NCBI RefSeq assembly: GCF_009914755.1
Contig: NC_060935.1
Length of the DNA stretch: 64,000 nucleotides
Direction: 5' to 3' (one strand)
DNA from: the human T2T-CHM13v2.0 reference genome, Homo sapiens
Below are positions 24,001 to 33,356 of the stretch, piece after piece. The position numbers were made by a program, and so were the translations under genes. The first letter of the stretch is position 1; each line of letters opens with the position of its first letter. The notes beneath the pieces were generated by a model. It was given only the letters and a program-made list of their open reading frames with translations. It made no database searches and was not told where the DNA came from.

Positions 24001-27000
24001 CTGCCATGTCCCTTCCTCTTACAGGATCCACCATATACCGCCACAGAGACCTCGCTGGCCATTGCTATTATGCCCTGTGTAGCCAGGACTGCCAAGTGGT
24101 CAGAGGGGTTGACAGTGACTGTCCGTCCACCACGCTGCCTCCTGCCCCAGCCACGTCCCCTTCAATATCCACCTCCGAGCCCGTCACTGAGCTGGGATGC
24201 CCAAATGCGGTTCCCCCCAGAAAGGTAACCCCCTACTTCTCACCCTTCTGAAGGCTCAGGGGCTCCTACAGGGAACTTGAATGTCTTTGCAATTAGTCTT
24301 CAGCTGCAAAGTCTTGAGAAGGTCACTGGCGCTAGTGGAGGCAGCCCGGCCGTCAGGAGAGGGCCATGCTGTAGCCCGGCGTCTCTGATCACCCTGGGCT
24401 TCCCAGGCACGTGCTTTCCAGACACTGGGTGTGTGGGGCCGAAGGCTGAGGCTGTGCTGAGGACAGCCAGGGCCAGAGCAGGTGGATGAGGCTGCACAGC
24501 CAGGGAGTGTGGCAGAGCCAGGGAGGAGCCACTCCCACACCAGAGGCCCCTGCCCCGGGCCAGCTCGGTGTCTGGGGTGGGTGCTGAGGGTGGGGCAGGA
24601 AGGAAACTGGGGCACAGCCACCCTCCCCTGTCCCCACACGGGACTCTCGGGACTGTGACCCCGAGAACCAAGGGGTGCCCCGGAGATCGGGAGAGGCCGG
24701 ACCCTGCAGGTCTCTGTGCTTCTGCAGAAAGGTGAGACCTGGGCCACACCCAACTGCTCCGAGGCCACCTGTGAGGGCAACAACGTCATCTCCCTGCGCC
24801 CGCGCACGTGCCCGAGGGTGGAGAAGCCCACTTGTGCCAACGGCTACCCGGCTGTGAAGGTGGCTGACCAAGATGGCTGCTGCCATCACTACCAGTGCCA
24901 GTGTGAGTGGAGCGCCGAGCGGGACCCAGGGCAGCCGGGGCAGCCACTCCCCACCCAGGTGGAAATGGGCGGGGCAGAGGAGGGGGCTTGGCTGAAGCAG
25001 AAAAGAATTGGGTGGGACAGCAGGAAGGACTTCCCAGCATCAAGGCGGGGCCGCATGGGGCCGAGCCTCCCCGCTTAGGGGTGCTGAGTGAATCCCTGTG
25101 AGCCTCGGAGCAGCCTGGCTGGAGAAGGTGGAGGAGTCTGTCCCTGCCTCGCTCCAGCCTTGTCAAGCGCCCGCTGGATGGAGCTCTGTGCGGACGCTGG
25201 CCACGTGTGTTCTGATGACGTGAGGGTCTTGTGCGCCCTGTGAGATGAGACGGTGGGGGGTCAGGGACAGATGTGACCTGTTGGGAGGAAGCCCCAGGGC
25301 CATGGTGCCACCACCCGAGCCACCCGTAAGGCTGCCCCTGGGGCCTGGCAGGTGTGTGCAGCGGCTGGGGTGACCCCCACTACATCACCTTCGACGGCAC
25401 CTACTACACCTTCCTGGACAACTGCACGTACGTGCTGGTGCAGCAGATTGTGCCCGTGTATGGCCACTTCCGCGTGCTCGTCGACAACTACTTCTGCGGT
25501 GCGGAGGACGGGCTCTCCTGCCCGAGGTCCATCATCCTGGAGTACCACCAGGACCGCGTGGTGCTGACCCGCAAGCCAGTCCACGGGGTGATGACAAACG
25601 AGGTGGGGGCGCGCCCGGTGTGCCGCGGAGGGGGTGGGGGACGCGGCTTTCCCGGCAAGAGCCTGAGCAGCGGCTGACCGCCCGCCCGCCTGCCTTCTGA
25701 CTTCCCGTCGACCACGCCCTGCGTCCAGATCATCTTCAACAACAAGGTGGTCAGCCCCGGCTTCCGGAAAAACGGCATCGTGGTCTCGCGCATCGGCGTC
25801 AAGATGTACGCGACCATCCCGGAGCTGGGAGTCCAGGTCATGTTCTCCGGCCTCATCTTCTCCGTGGAGGTGCCCTTCAGCAAGTTTGCCAACAACACCG
25901 AGGGCCAGTGCGGTGAGGCCACAGGGCTCCCGGGCATCGTCTGGCATTCGCGGGGGCGGGGGTGCCGGGCAGGGGCGAGGCCACCACGTGCCGCGTGTGC
26001 CGGTGTCTCTGCTTTCTGGCTGCTCTGCTGAGTGCAGGCCACAGGCATGAGGCTTACGCCTGCCGGTACCTGCAGCTCCCCAGTACCATAGGGACTGTCC
26101 CAGGGTTGTTCTCGGGGGACAGTGAGGCACAGGCAGGGCCCGCTGCAGTTCACCAAGTTGTGACCCTGAGACACCAGGGTCCTGTCCCCCAGCTGGGGGT
26201 GGGGCCAGCCGGCTCTGCTGTCCAGCAGCCTGACCCCCACCGCGTCTGCCCAGGCACTTGCACCAACGACAGGAAGGATGAGTGCCGCACGCCTAGGGGG
26301 ACGGTGGTCGCTTCCTGCTCCGAGATGTCCGGCCTCTGGAACGTGAGCATCCCTGACCAGCCAGCCTGCCACCGGCCTCACCCGACGCCCACCACGGTCG
26401 GGCCCACCACAGTTGGGTCTACCACGGTCGGGCCCACCACAGTTGGGTCTACCACCGTCGGGCCCACCACACCGCCTGCTCCGTGCCTGCCATCACCCAT
26501 CTGCCACCTGATTCTGAGCAAGTGAGACTTGGGTGCAAGGGAGGGAGGGTCAGTGTGGCCGCCCCACCTCCCACCCTTCCAAGGGCTGGAGGGGAAGAAG
26601 CGCATTTTCAGGGGGCTCCTGAGAGGAAACGAGAGCTGCTGGTACCACAGACCAAGGAGGGGTGGGTGTTGGGGAGAAGTGGGTGCCGGGGAGGGGTGGG
26701 CAGTGGGGAGGGGCGGGTGCCGGGAAGGGGTGGTTGTGGCTGGAATGCTGCCAAGGGGTCACCAGGGTTGGCCGGCTGGGCCGTCTCTGAGGCTCTCTGC
26801 TGGCTCAGGTGTATGGACGGGGGCATCGGTCACCACCCCCAGGCAGCTTCCAGGTTTGCAGGGCAGGGGCTGGGGGGGCCAGGAAGAAGAACTTGCAGAA
26901 ATAAATGGATGATGCCATCTGGACCCCCACCCCCCGCCCCCAAGCACACAGAATGTGTGGAAGGAGCCTGTCCGGGGATACAGGAGGGCGGCCACACACC

Positions 27001-30000
27001 AGTGGCTGCTCTGGGACTCGCCTCGCCTGGAGACTGCCCTGAAGCCTGGGAGCCTGACGTGGAGCAGGCAGGTGGCCGGAGAGGCTGCACCCAGCACCCT
27101 GCCCATCCCTCCCACAGGGTCTTTGAGCCGTGCCACACTGTGATCCCCCCACTGCTGTTCTATGAGGGCTGCGTCTTTGACCGGTGCCACATGACGGACC
27201 TGGATGTGGTGTGCTCCAGCCTGGAGCTGTACGCGGCACTCTGTGCGTCCCACGACATCTGCATCGATTGGAGAGGCCGGACCGGCCACATGTGCCGTGA
27301 GTGCCACCACTGTCCTCAGGGTCCCAAGTCGCTTGTGAGGGGCACAGGCACGCCGGACGGACCAACAGGGTGGGCTCGGGCAGTCAGGGGGGGACCTGGA
27401 GGAGGAGGGGGCAGCCCCAGGGCAGAGTGCACCCAGTTCCCTGGAGAGAAGGGAGGGCGTCCACGTCTGGGAGCCCGTGGCGGGGCACTGGGGTGTGGGA
27501 GGCCGTAGCCAGGCCCAGGCCCACAGGTGGCTGCGGGCAGCTCCGGAGCAGATGTTGGTGCCCAGCGGCCCGCGTTGCTCTGGGTGGGTGCCCTCCCACC
27601 CTCTCAGGTGTGGCTTCCCCTCCCCACAGCATTCACCTGCCCAGCCGACAAGGTGTACCAGCCCTGCGGCCCGAGCAACCCCTCCTACTGCTACGGGAAT
27701 GACAGCGCCAGCCTCGGGTAGGCACCCTCCCTCCTGGCCCTGCCATGGGCTGCTGGAGCCACCCAGTCCCCAGCCTCCCGCTGCATCTCCCACTCCCAGG
27801 CTGGGGTCCTTCTCACCGGAGGGAAAAAGGAGACCCACCAACCCTATGCTCTCTACAGGGCTCTGCCGGAGGCCGGCCCCATCACCGAAGGCTGCTTCTG
27901 TCCGGAGGGCATGACCCTCTTCAGCACCAGTGCCCAAGTCTGCGTGCCCACGGGCTGCCCCAGTACGTGCCCCAGGCCGGGGCTGGGGGGTGTGGCAGGA
28001 CTGGGCCTGTGACTGTTGGCCAGGTCCTGGGGTCTACCCTGGCCCCAATATGGGACCCTGCCTCTCGCCCCTATTGTGGTGGCTGACCCCCAGTAACCTC
28101 AGATCTCTCTCCTTCCAGGGTGTCTGGGGCCCCACGGAGAGCCGGTGAAGGTGAGTGGCAGGCATGGCCCAAGAGGGCACTGGGGTCCAAGAGCCCGAGG
28201 AGGGAGGCTCTTGAAACACCGGCCCCAGAAATGGTCAGGTGGGGCTCAGGGGTCGGGGTGTCCTCTCTGTGTCAGAGGCCCAGAGAAAGGGCTGCGGGAG
28301 GAGCCGGGCTCCCAGAAAGACTCGGGATCTCCCTTCCCAGGTACCCACTCTGTCCGTATTGGGGACGGTGCCGGGGCGTCTGTCCTGGTGTTGCTCTGTG
28401 GGTGGGTGCTGGCCCCGAGGCTGGCTGTGCTCTTCCCTTCCTTGGGACGCCCCTTCTGCCCAGCCAAGACTGTGGAGGTGTGAGGTGGGGGGCGCAGGCC
28501 AGTCACCCCACAGCCTGCCCACCTTGCAGAGCTTTGTGCCCATCCCTGGGCCCTACCCTGCACTTTTGAAGCCCTACTCCTGCTGGGTCCTCAGTGCAGG
28601 CCACACGGCCTCCACACCTGGCTGCCCCAGCACTGCATGAGCCGGGCTGGCTGCTGCACCCCTGGGTGGAGCCGCTGCGGACGCTGGACCTCAGTCCCCT
28701 TCCTTGCAGGTGGGCCACACCGTCGGCATGGACTGCCAGGAGTGCACGTGTGAGGCGGCCACGTGGACGCTGACCTGCCGACCCAAGCTCTGCCCGCTGC
28801 CCCCTGCCTGCCCCCTGCCCGGCTTCGTGCCTGTGCCTGCAGCCCCACAGGCCGGCCAGTGCTGCCCCCAGTACAGCTGCGGTAAGCCCTTTGCTGGGTG
28901 AGGGGCATGGTGTGGCAGGCAGGTGACCCGGAGCCCACTCGGCCCGGACTTTGCTGCTGCCTTGGGGCGTGCACCTGGGGACAGTGCCTACGAGGGCGTC
29001 CCCTCCTCCGCTTCCGCAACAGCCTCATCTGGAGACCCCCGAGCGGGCTGTCTAGGCGGTCCGCAATCCTAGAGACCCCAGGGGGTGGGCCTTCGGGTGG
29101 GGGCGGGGGACAGACTCCTAATTGCCTCACTCCTGCCCCCGCAGCCTGCAACACCAGCCGCTGCCCCGCGCCCGTGGGCTGTCCTGAGGGCGCCCGCGCG
29201 ATCCCGACCTACCAGGAGGGGGCCTGCTGCCCAGTCCAAAACTGCAGTGAGTGGCCTGGACCAGGCCCTGTCAGGGGCCGTGGGCTGGGGTCTCCACCTG
29301 GGATTTTGGGGGGCCATAACCAGATGCCAGTGCGGCTTGTCCACTGCGGGTCTGTGGCTCTGGACTGAGCCTTCCGCAGAGATGAGGCTGGACAAACCCC
29401 AGTGGCGAGCCCGGGAATGAGGCGCCCAGGAGGCTGCAGGGGCGGGAATGCTGAGGGTGAGGGGAGAGTGGGCGGCGGGGGGTGCAGCTGCTTGTCTTCT
29501 CGTGGGCAGGCTGGACAGTGTGCAGCATCAACGGGACCCTGTACCAGGTAAGAGCCACGGAGCTCAGACCCCCTCAGCCATAGGGACGGAGCTTCCCACT
29601 GACCCTGAGGCCCAGGTAGACTTTGGAGCAACTGCCAACTCCGGCCGGGGCCAGGGACTCGAGTCTCTGCAGACACAGCCCACTATCAAGTGTGGCTGAG
29701 GCCCGAGGTCGGCCCCAGGTCCCGGAAATATGGACATCTACACCCTGGCCTGCCTGGCTCCGGGGGGCTCCGGGGGACTTTGCCTCTCCTGGCACCACAG
29801 CACAGCCAGGCCTGGATCCCACGGCTCTGTCCTGAGCCGGCTGAGTATGTGGCCCTGCAGAGTGTGTGGCCTTGTTGGGCACCCCATCCAAGGGGGTGCA
29901 GCGTGGGGCTCTGCTCTAGGGATGGGGACCCTGGGCTGTGGCCTCTGCACCAAGAGGTGCCACCACGAGTCACCCCAGGGGTGCAACTCGGCCTGGTAGG

Positions 30001-31944
30001 AAGCGGCCTGGAGGGGGATGTCTGGGAAGTTGGGGGCAGCAAGCCAGTGGGGAGGCAGGGGCGGGTCTCCCCAGGGCCCAAGCTCATGAGTGTCTGCTGC
30101 CCTGGCTCTCCCCAGCCCGGCGCCGTGGTCTCCTCGAGCCTGTGCGAAACCTGCAGGTGTGAGCTGCCGGGTGGCCCCCCATCGGACGCGTTTGTGGTCA
30201 GCTGTGAGACCCAGATCTGCAACACACACTGCCCTGTGGTGAGCGCTCCCACCCTGCCCCGACCCTGCCCTGGCTCTTGGGGGGCAGCGGTCGCCTGGAT
30301 TCCAGCCACATGTCCATCCCTCCCGCAGGGCTTCGAGTACCAGGAGCAGAGCGGGCAGTGCTGTGGCACCTGTGTGCAGGTCGCCTGTGTCACCAACACC
30401 AGCAAGAGCCCCGCCCACCTCTTCTACGTGAGTAGTGGCTGCCACAAAGAGGAAGGGCAGGGTCTGGGAGCACTGGGGCATGTGGGGACCTGTCGTTGCC
30501 AGGCATGCGTCTGGCAGAGGCTGGGGACTCTCTGGAAGCCCACGGGCTGGGGTGCAGACAGAGGGACAGACGGAGGGAGGGTCACTCACCCCGGGGCCTG
30601 GCCTCCCTCCAGCCTGGCGAGACCTGGTCAGACGCAGGGAACCACTGTGTGACCCACCAGTGTGAGAAGCACCAGGATGGGCTCGTGGTGGTCACCACGA
30701 AGAAGGCGTGCCCCCCGCTCAGCTGTTCTCTGGTGAGGTCCAGGATCCCCGCTCCAGCCAAGGGGGGCTTCACCCTTAGATGGGTTTGGGGGGCTGTGAT
30801 CATCCCTGCAGTGCCAGCAGACACCCCCTCCTGCTTGGGGCTGTCCACTCCTGAGCCTGGCCCCATGTCCCCATCCCTCACTTCTGTGGGGGCCGCCGAG
30901 CGCCTCGGCACTGAGGGCGCCCCTCTGTCGGCACAGGACGAGGCCCGCATGAGCAAGGACGGCTGCTGCCGCTTCTGCCCGCTGCCCCCGCCCCCGTACC
31001 AGAACCGTGAGTGCCCAGCCTGCTGGGCGGGGCGGGCTCCACCCTCAGAGGTCCAGGAGCAGCTGGGCTGGTCCTAAACCCTGTGTTCCTCTCCAGAGTC
31101 GACCTGTGCTGTGTACCATAGGAGCCTGATCATCCAGCAGCAGGGCTGCAGCTCCTCGGAGCCCGTGCGCCTGGCTTACTGCCGGGGGAACTGTGGGGAC
31201 AGCTCTTCCATGTACGTGCCTGGGCAGCAGGCAGGGAGACGCGATTGGCTGTGGGGTGCAGTCAGGGCCCCCAGGGCTCTAGGTGCCAGATAGACGAGGG
31301 GCAGGACCATGAGGGGCCAGACAAAGGGCTCTGAGGGTGAGGCGGGAAAGGGGTCCTGAGATGGCAAGGGTGGGGCTGGGGTAACTACATCCCCAGAGCC
31401 TGTGTCGGCATCACGCTCTCCTGTTTACTGAGCTCCGCCAGGAACTTGCCGCAGCCGCCCCGAGTCTCCCTCCCTCCCATCAGCACGGAGCCGGGGTCGG
31501 CCCTGGTGGGACTGTTGGCGCCTGGGGAACTGGCAAAGGAGAGCTGGTTGTCAGACACTGGCAGCATGCCTCCAGGAGCAGGGAACACGATGAGGCCGCC
31601 CAGAGCTCGGCACGGCGCCGGCTTACGGCAGGAGGCTGGGGTGGCGCAGCAGCTGGTGCTGAGCAGCCCCTGCCCACAGGTACTCGCTCGAGGGCAACAC
31701 GGTGGAGCACAGGTGCCAGTGCTGCCAGGAGCTGCGGACCTCGCTGAGGAATGTGACCCTGCACTGCACCGACGGCTCCAGCCGGGCCTTCAGCTACACC
31801 GAGGTGGAAGAGTGCGGCTGCATGGGCCGGCGCTGCCCTGCGCCGGGCGACACCCAGCACTCGGAGGAGGCGGAACCCGAGCCCAGCCAGGAGGCAGAGA
31901 GTGGGAGCTGGGAGAGAGGCGTCCCAGTGTCCCCCATGCACTGA
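1..31944 (+). CDS. MUC5AC: Mucin-5AC, multi-exon CDS, 5'-truncated by window (end of exon 14 through exon 49)
   Basis: Exons traced at AG/GT boundaries with consistent phases: 1-5(e14 end), 88-252(e15), 3654-3748, 5721-5847, 6107-6362, 6444-6496, 7393-7493, 7756-7907, 8170-8308, 8473-8586, 8696-8875, 9685-9924, 10334-10490, 11262-11390, 11596-11758, 12381-12424, 12513-12701(e30), 13397-23767(e31), 24025-24224, 24728-24902, 25352-25602, 25729-25912, 26254-26521, 27118-27296, 27630-27717, 27859-27962, 28119-28150, 28710-28881, 29145-29246, 29510-29547, 30116-30238, 30329-30427, 30613-30732, 30937-31006, 31097-31211, 31680-31944(e49, TGA). TTSTTSAP repeats, CysD domains, the GDPH motif and the C-terminus GVPVSPMH identify MUC5AC. 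Confidence 0.98.
88..12701 (+). CDS. MUC5AC: MUC5AC exons 15-30: end of VWD2, C8/TIL, D', VWD3 assembly
   Basis: Peptides [57 protein letters not shown] (CGLC motif), [12 protein letters not shown] are von Willebrand D-assembly sequences of gel-forming mucins. Confidence 0.96.
549..3220 (+). repeat. ~2.7-kb degenerate (CACT/CACC/CATT) tandem array, MUC5AC intron 15
   Basis: Continuous cactcacc/cattcacc units with recurrent gactcaaccattcac landmarks; almost no G. Confidence 0.97.
3925..5304 (+). repeat. ~1.4-kb (CACT/CATT) array, MUC5AC intron 16, with ~145-bp higher-order unit in its 3' half
   Basis: cactaattccttcacctactcattc-like landmark recurs at ~4377, 4481, 4632, 4772, 4919, 5067, 5202. 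Confidence 0.95.
5290..5372 (-). mobile_element. Probable L2 LINE 3' end remnant
   Basis: cattggttaaccatgtttatggc...ccagccctacactaggcccagggg resembles the reverse complement of the L2 3' terminus, whose tail is (TGAA)n; judged by eye. Confidence 0.45.
6688..7315 (+). repeat. CA-rich degenerate minisatellite (cacacccactcatgcacacgct), MUC5AC intron 19
   Basis: Repeated acccactcatgcaca cores in 18-26-bp variable units. Confidence 0.93.
9059..9435 (-). mobile_element. MaLR LTR (MLT1B/C-like), MUC5AC intron 24
   Basis: Typical MLT1 segments: ccttggctgtggccacatcact, cttttataaggacacca..cattggatt.agg.cccac, ctgcaagacccc. Confidence 0.7.
9560..9635 (+). repeat. 36-bp G-rich tandem duplication
   Basis: ctgggtgggaggaggcggcc...ggcagggtggc present twice. 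Confidence 0.85.
10621..11015 (+). repeat. Minisatellite, 5 copies of a 74-83-bp unit, MUC5AC intron 26
   Basis: Units start at 10621, 10704, 10787, 10861, 10935 (ag.gaggagggcgtggctga...cagcagagctgcccagctct). Confidence 0.95.
13397..23767 (+). CDS. MUC5AC: MUC5AC central exon 31 (10,371 bp): 9 CysD domains plus PTS mucin domains
   Basis: Uninterrupted ORF (track 13354..23775). Acceptor ccacag|TC at 13397, donor GCAG|gttcgt at 23767. CysD approx 13534-13815, 14116-14400, 14614-14910, 15235-15519, 15733-16029, 19051-19347, 19945-20241, 21244-21540, 23266-23562, each with a WxxW C-mannosylation-type motif. Confidence 0.97.
13830..16066 (+). repeat. 1,119-bp (373-codon) direct tandem duplication inside exon 31 (spacer-CysD2-spacer-CysD3 / spacer-CysD4-spacer-CysD5)
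   Basis: tccacctctagcagtccagc at 13831 and 14950; about a dozen mismatches seen by eye over the unit. Confidence 0.95.
16150..18975 (+). repeat. MUC5AC: PTS tandem repeat block TR1 (24-bp unit, TTSTTSAP / GTTPSPVP)
   Basis: acaaccagcacaacctctgcccct units. Confidence 0.95.
19470..19870 (+). repeat. MUC5AC: PTS tandem repeat block TR2
   Basis: 24-bp units between CysD6 and CysD7. Confidence 0.93.
20370..21170 (+). repeat. MUC5AC: PTS tandem repeat block TR3
   Basis: 24-bp units between CysD7 and CysD8. Confidence 0.93.
21665..23195 (+). repeat. MUC5AC: PTS tandem repeat block TR4 (72/96-bp higher-order units in its 3' part)
   Basis: [32 protein letters not shown] periodicity. Confidence 0.93.
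24025..31944 (+). CDS. MUC5AC: MUC5AC exons 32-49: VWD4 (GDPH), C8/TIL, VWC domains, cystine-knot C-terminus
   Basis: [14 protein letters not shown] (GDPH at 25369-25380, the known Asp-Pro autoproteolysis site), Cys-rich VWC exons, CK domain CRGNC...CQCCQE...ECGC, stop TGA at 31942-31944. Confidence 0.96.
26388..26471 (+). repeat. MUC5AC: Coding 15-bp repeat (P/S)TTVG x5 in exon 36
   Basis: cccaccacggtcggg / cccaccacagttggg / tctaccacggtcggg units. Confidence 0.9.
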
Positions 31945-32381
31945 CCAGCACTGCCGCCCTCCTGACCTCCAAGGAGAACCTCCCATATGTCCTCTGAGCT
32001 CGGCTTCCAAGGCCAGTGGAACTTGTGCCCCTGTCCAGGCGGCTGCAGCTTTGAACACACTGTCCACGCCCGCTTTCTTGTGGAGGGTGTGGGCTATGGG
32101 TCACCTGCTGCCTGGAGGAGGGGCCCTTACCCACCCCGCCTGCAGCCACCTCTCAGGACCAGCCCCGGGGCTGGCCGAGCTCCTCTGGCCATGCATCCAG
32201 CCTGCTGTTCTGGGGACGTGAGCATCACCTGAGGGTCTCAGGAATGACGCTTGGACATGGTGATCAGCTGCCTGGTGGCTGCAGGAGGAAGAACCTCACT
32301 CCTACCTCAGCCCTCAGCCTGCGCTCCCCTCCTCAGTACACGGCCAATCTGTTGCATAAATACACTTGAGCATTTTGCAAT
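31945..32381 (+). other. MUC5AC: MUC5AC 3' UTR
   Basis: Runs from the stop codon to the probable cleavage site after ...cattttgcaa, followed by a GU/U-rich downstream element. Confidence 0.8.
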
Positions 32382-32401
32382 TTGTGGACTGTGCATTTTT
32401 T
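32355..32401 (+). terminator. MUC5AC polyadenylation signal (variant CATAAA) with downstream GU/U-rich element
   Basis: No AATAAA in the 3' UTR. CATAAA at 32355-32360, a CA ~20 nt downstream, then tttgtggactgtgcatttttt. Confidence 0.7.
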
Positions 32402-32647
32402 GAGATTGTTCATAAAATCCAGGAATAGGGTGGGGGCAAACCCGGGCCCTGTGGGGTGCACACCTCAGGCCAGCCACCCAGTACTGGGCAGCCCTGCTGC
32501 TTCTGTGGGCTGGCTGGGACAGTGTCTCTCTGCTCAGAGAGGAGAGGCCAGAGCTTGGATCTGCCCCAAGAAGAGACCACCACCCTGCAGAGGTCTTTGA
32601 GGGCTTGGCTGCAGTCTAGAGTCCAGGATGCATCTGTTCAGAACACA

Positions 32648-33356
32648 GAGAGTGAGTGAATGAGAGTGAGAGAATGAATGAGTGAATAAATGGGTGAGTG
32701 AATAAGTGAGTGCATGAGTGAGTGAATGAATAAGTGAATGTGTGAGTGAGTGCATGTGAGTGAGTGAATGTGAGTGAATGAATGTGAGTGAATAAGTGAG
32801 TGACTGAGTGAATGAGTGAATGAATGAGTGAATGAGTGAGCAAATAAGTGAATGAGTGAGTGAATAAGTGAATGCATGAGTGAATGAATAAGTGAATGTG
32901 TGAGTGAATGAGTGCATGTGAGTGAATAAGTGAGTGCATGAGTGAGTGAATGAATAAGTGAATGTGTGAGTGAATGAGTGCATGTGAGTGAATAAGTATG
33001 TGAGTGAGAGATTGAGTGAATGAGTGAATGAATGAGTGAATGAGTGAGCAAATGAGTGAATAAATGAATGAGTAAATGAGTGGGTGAATGAACAAGTGAA
33101 TGAGTGAATGAGTGAATGAGTGAGCAAATGAGTGAGTGAATAAATGAATGAGTAAATGAGTGGGTGAATGAACAAGTGAATGAGTGAGTGAGCGAATGGG
33201 TAAGTGAATGAGCGAATGAGTGAGAGAATGAGTGAATGAGTGAATAAGTGAATGAGTGAATGAGTGAGTGAATGAATGAGTGAATGAGCGAGTGAATGAG
33301 TGAGTGAATAAGTGAATGAGTGAGTGAATGAGTGAATGAGTGATGAATGAATGCGT
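32648..33356 (+). repeat. (GAGT/GAAT)n array downstream of MUC5AC
   Basis: gagtgagtgaatgaat units; reverse-complement class of the intron 15/16 arrays. Confidence 0.96.

Noticed and set aside
25369-25380. GDPH autocatalytic cleavage motif and CGLC/WxxW motifs as novelties
   Set aside because: Well-established features of MUC5AC and related mucins.
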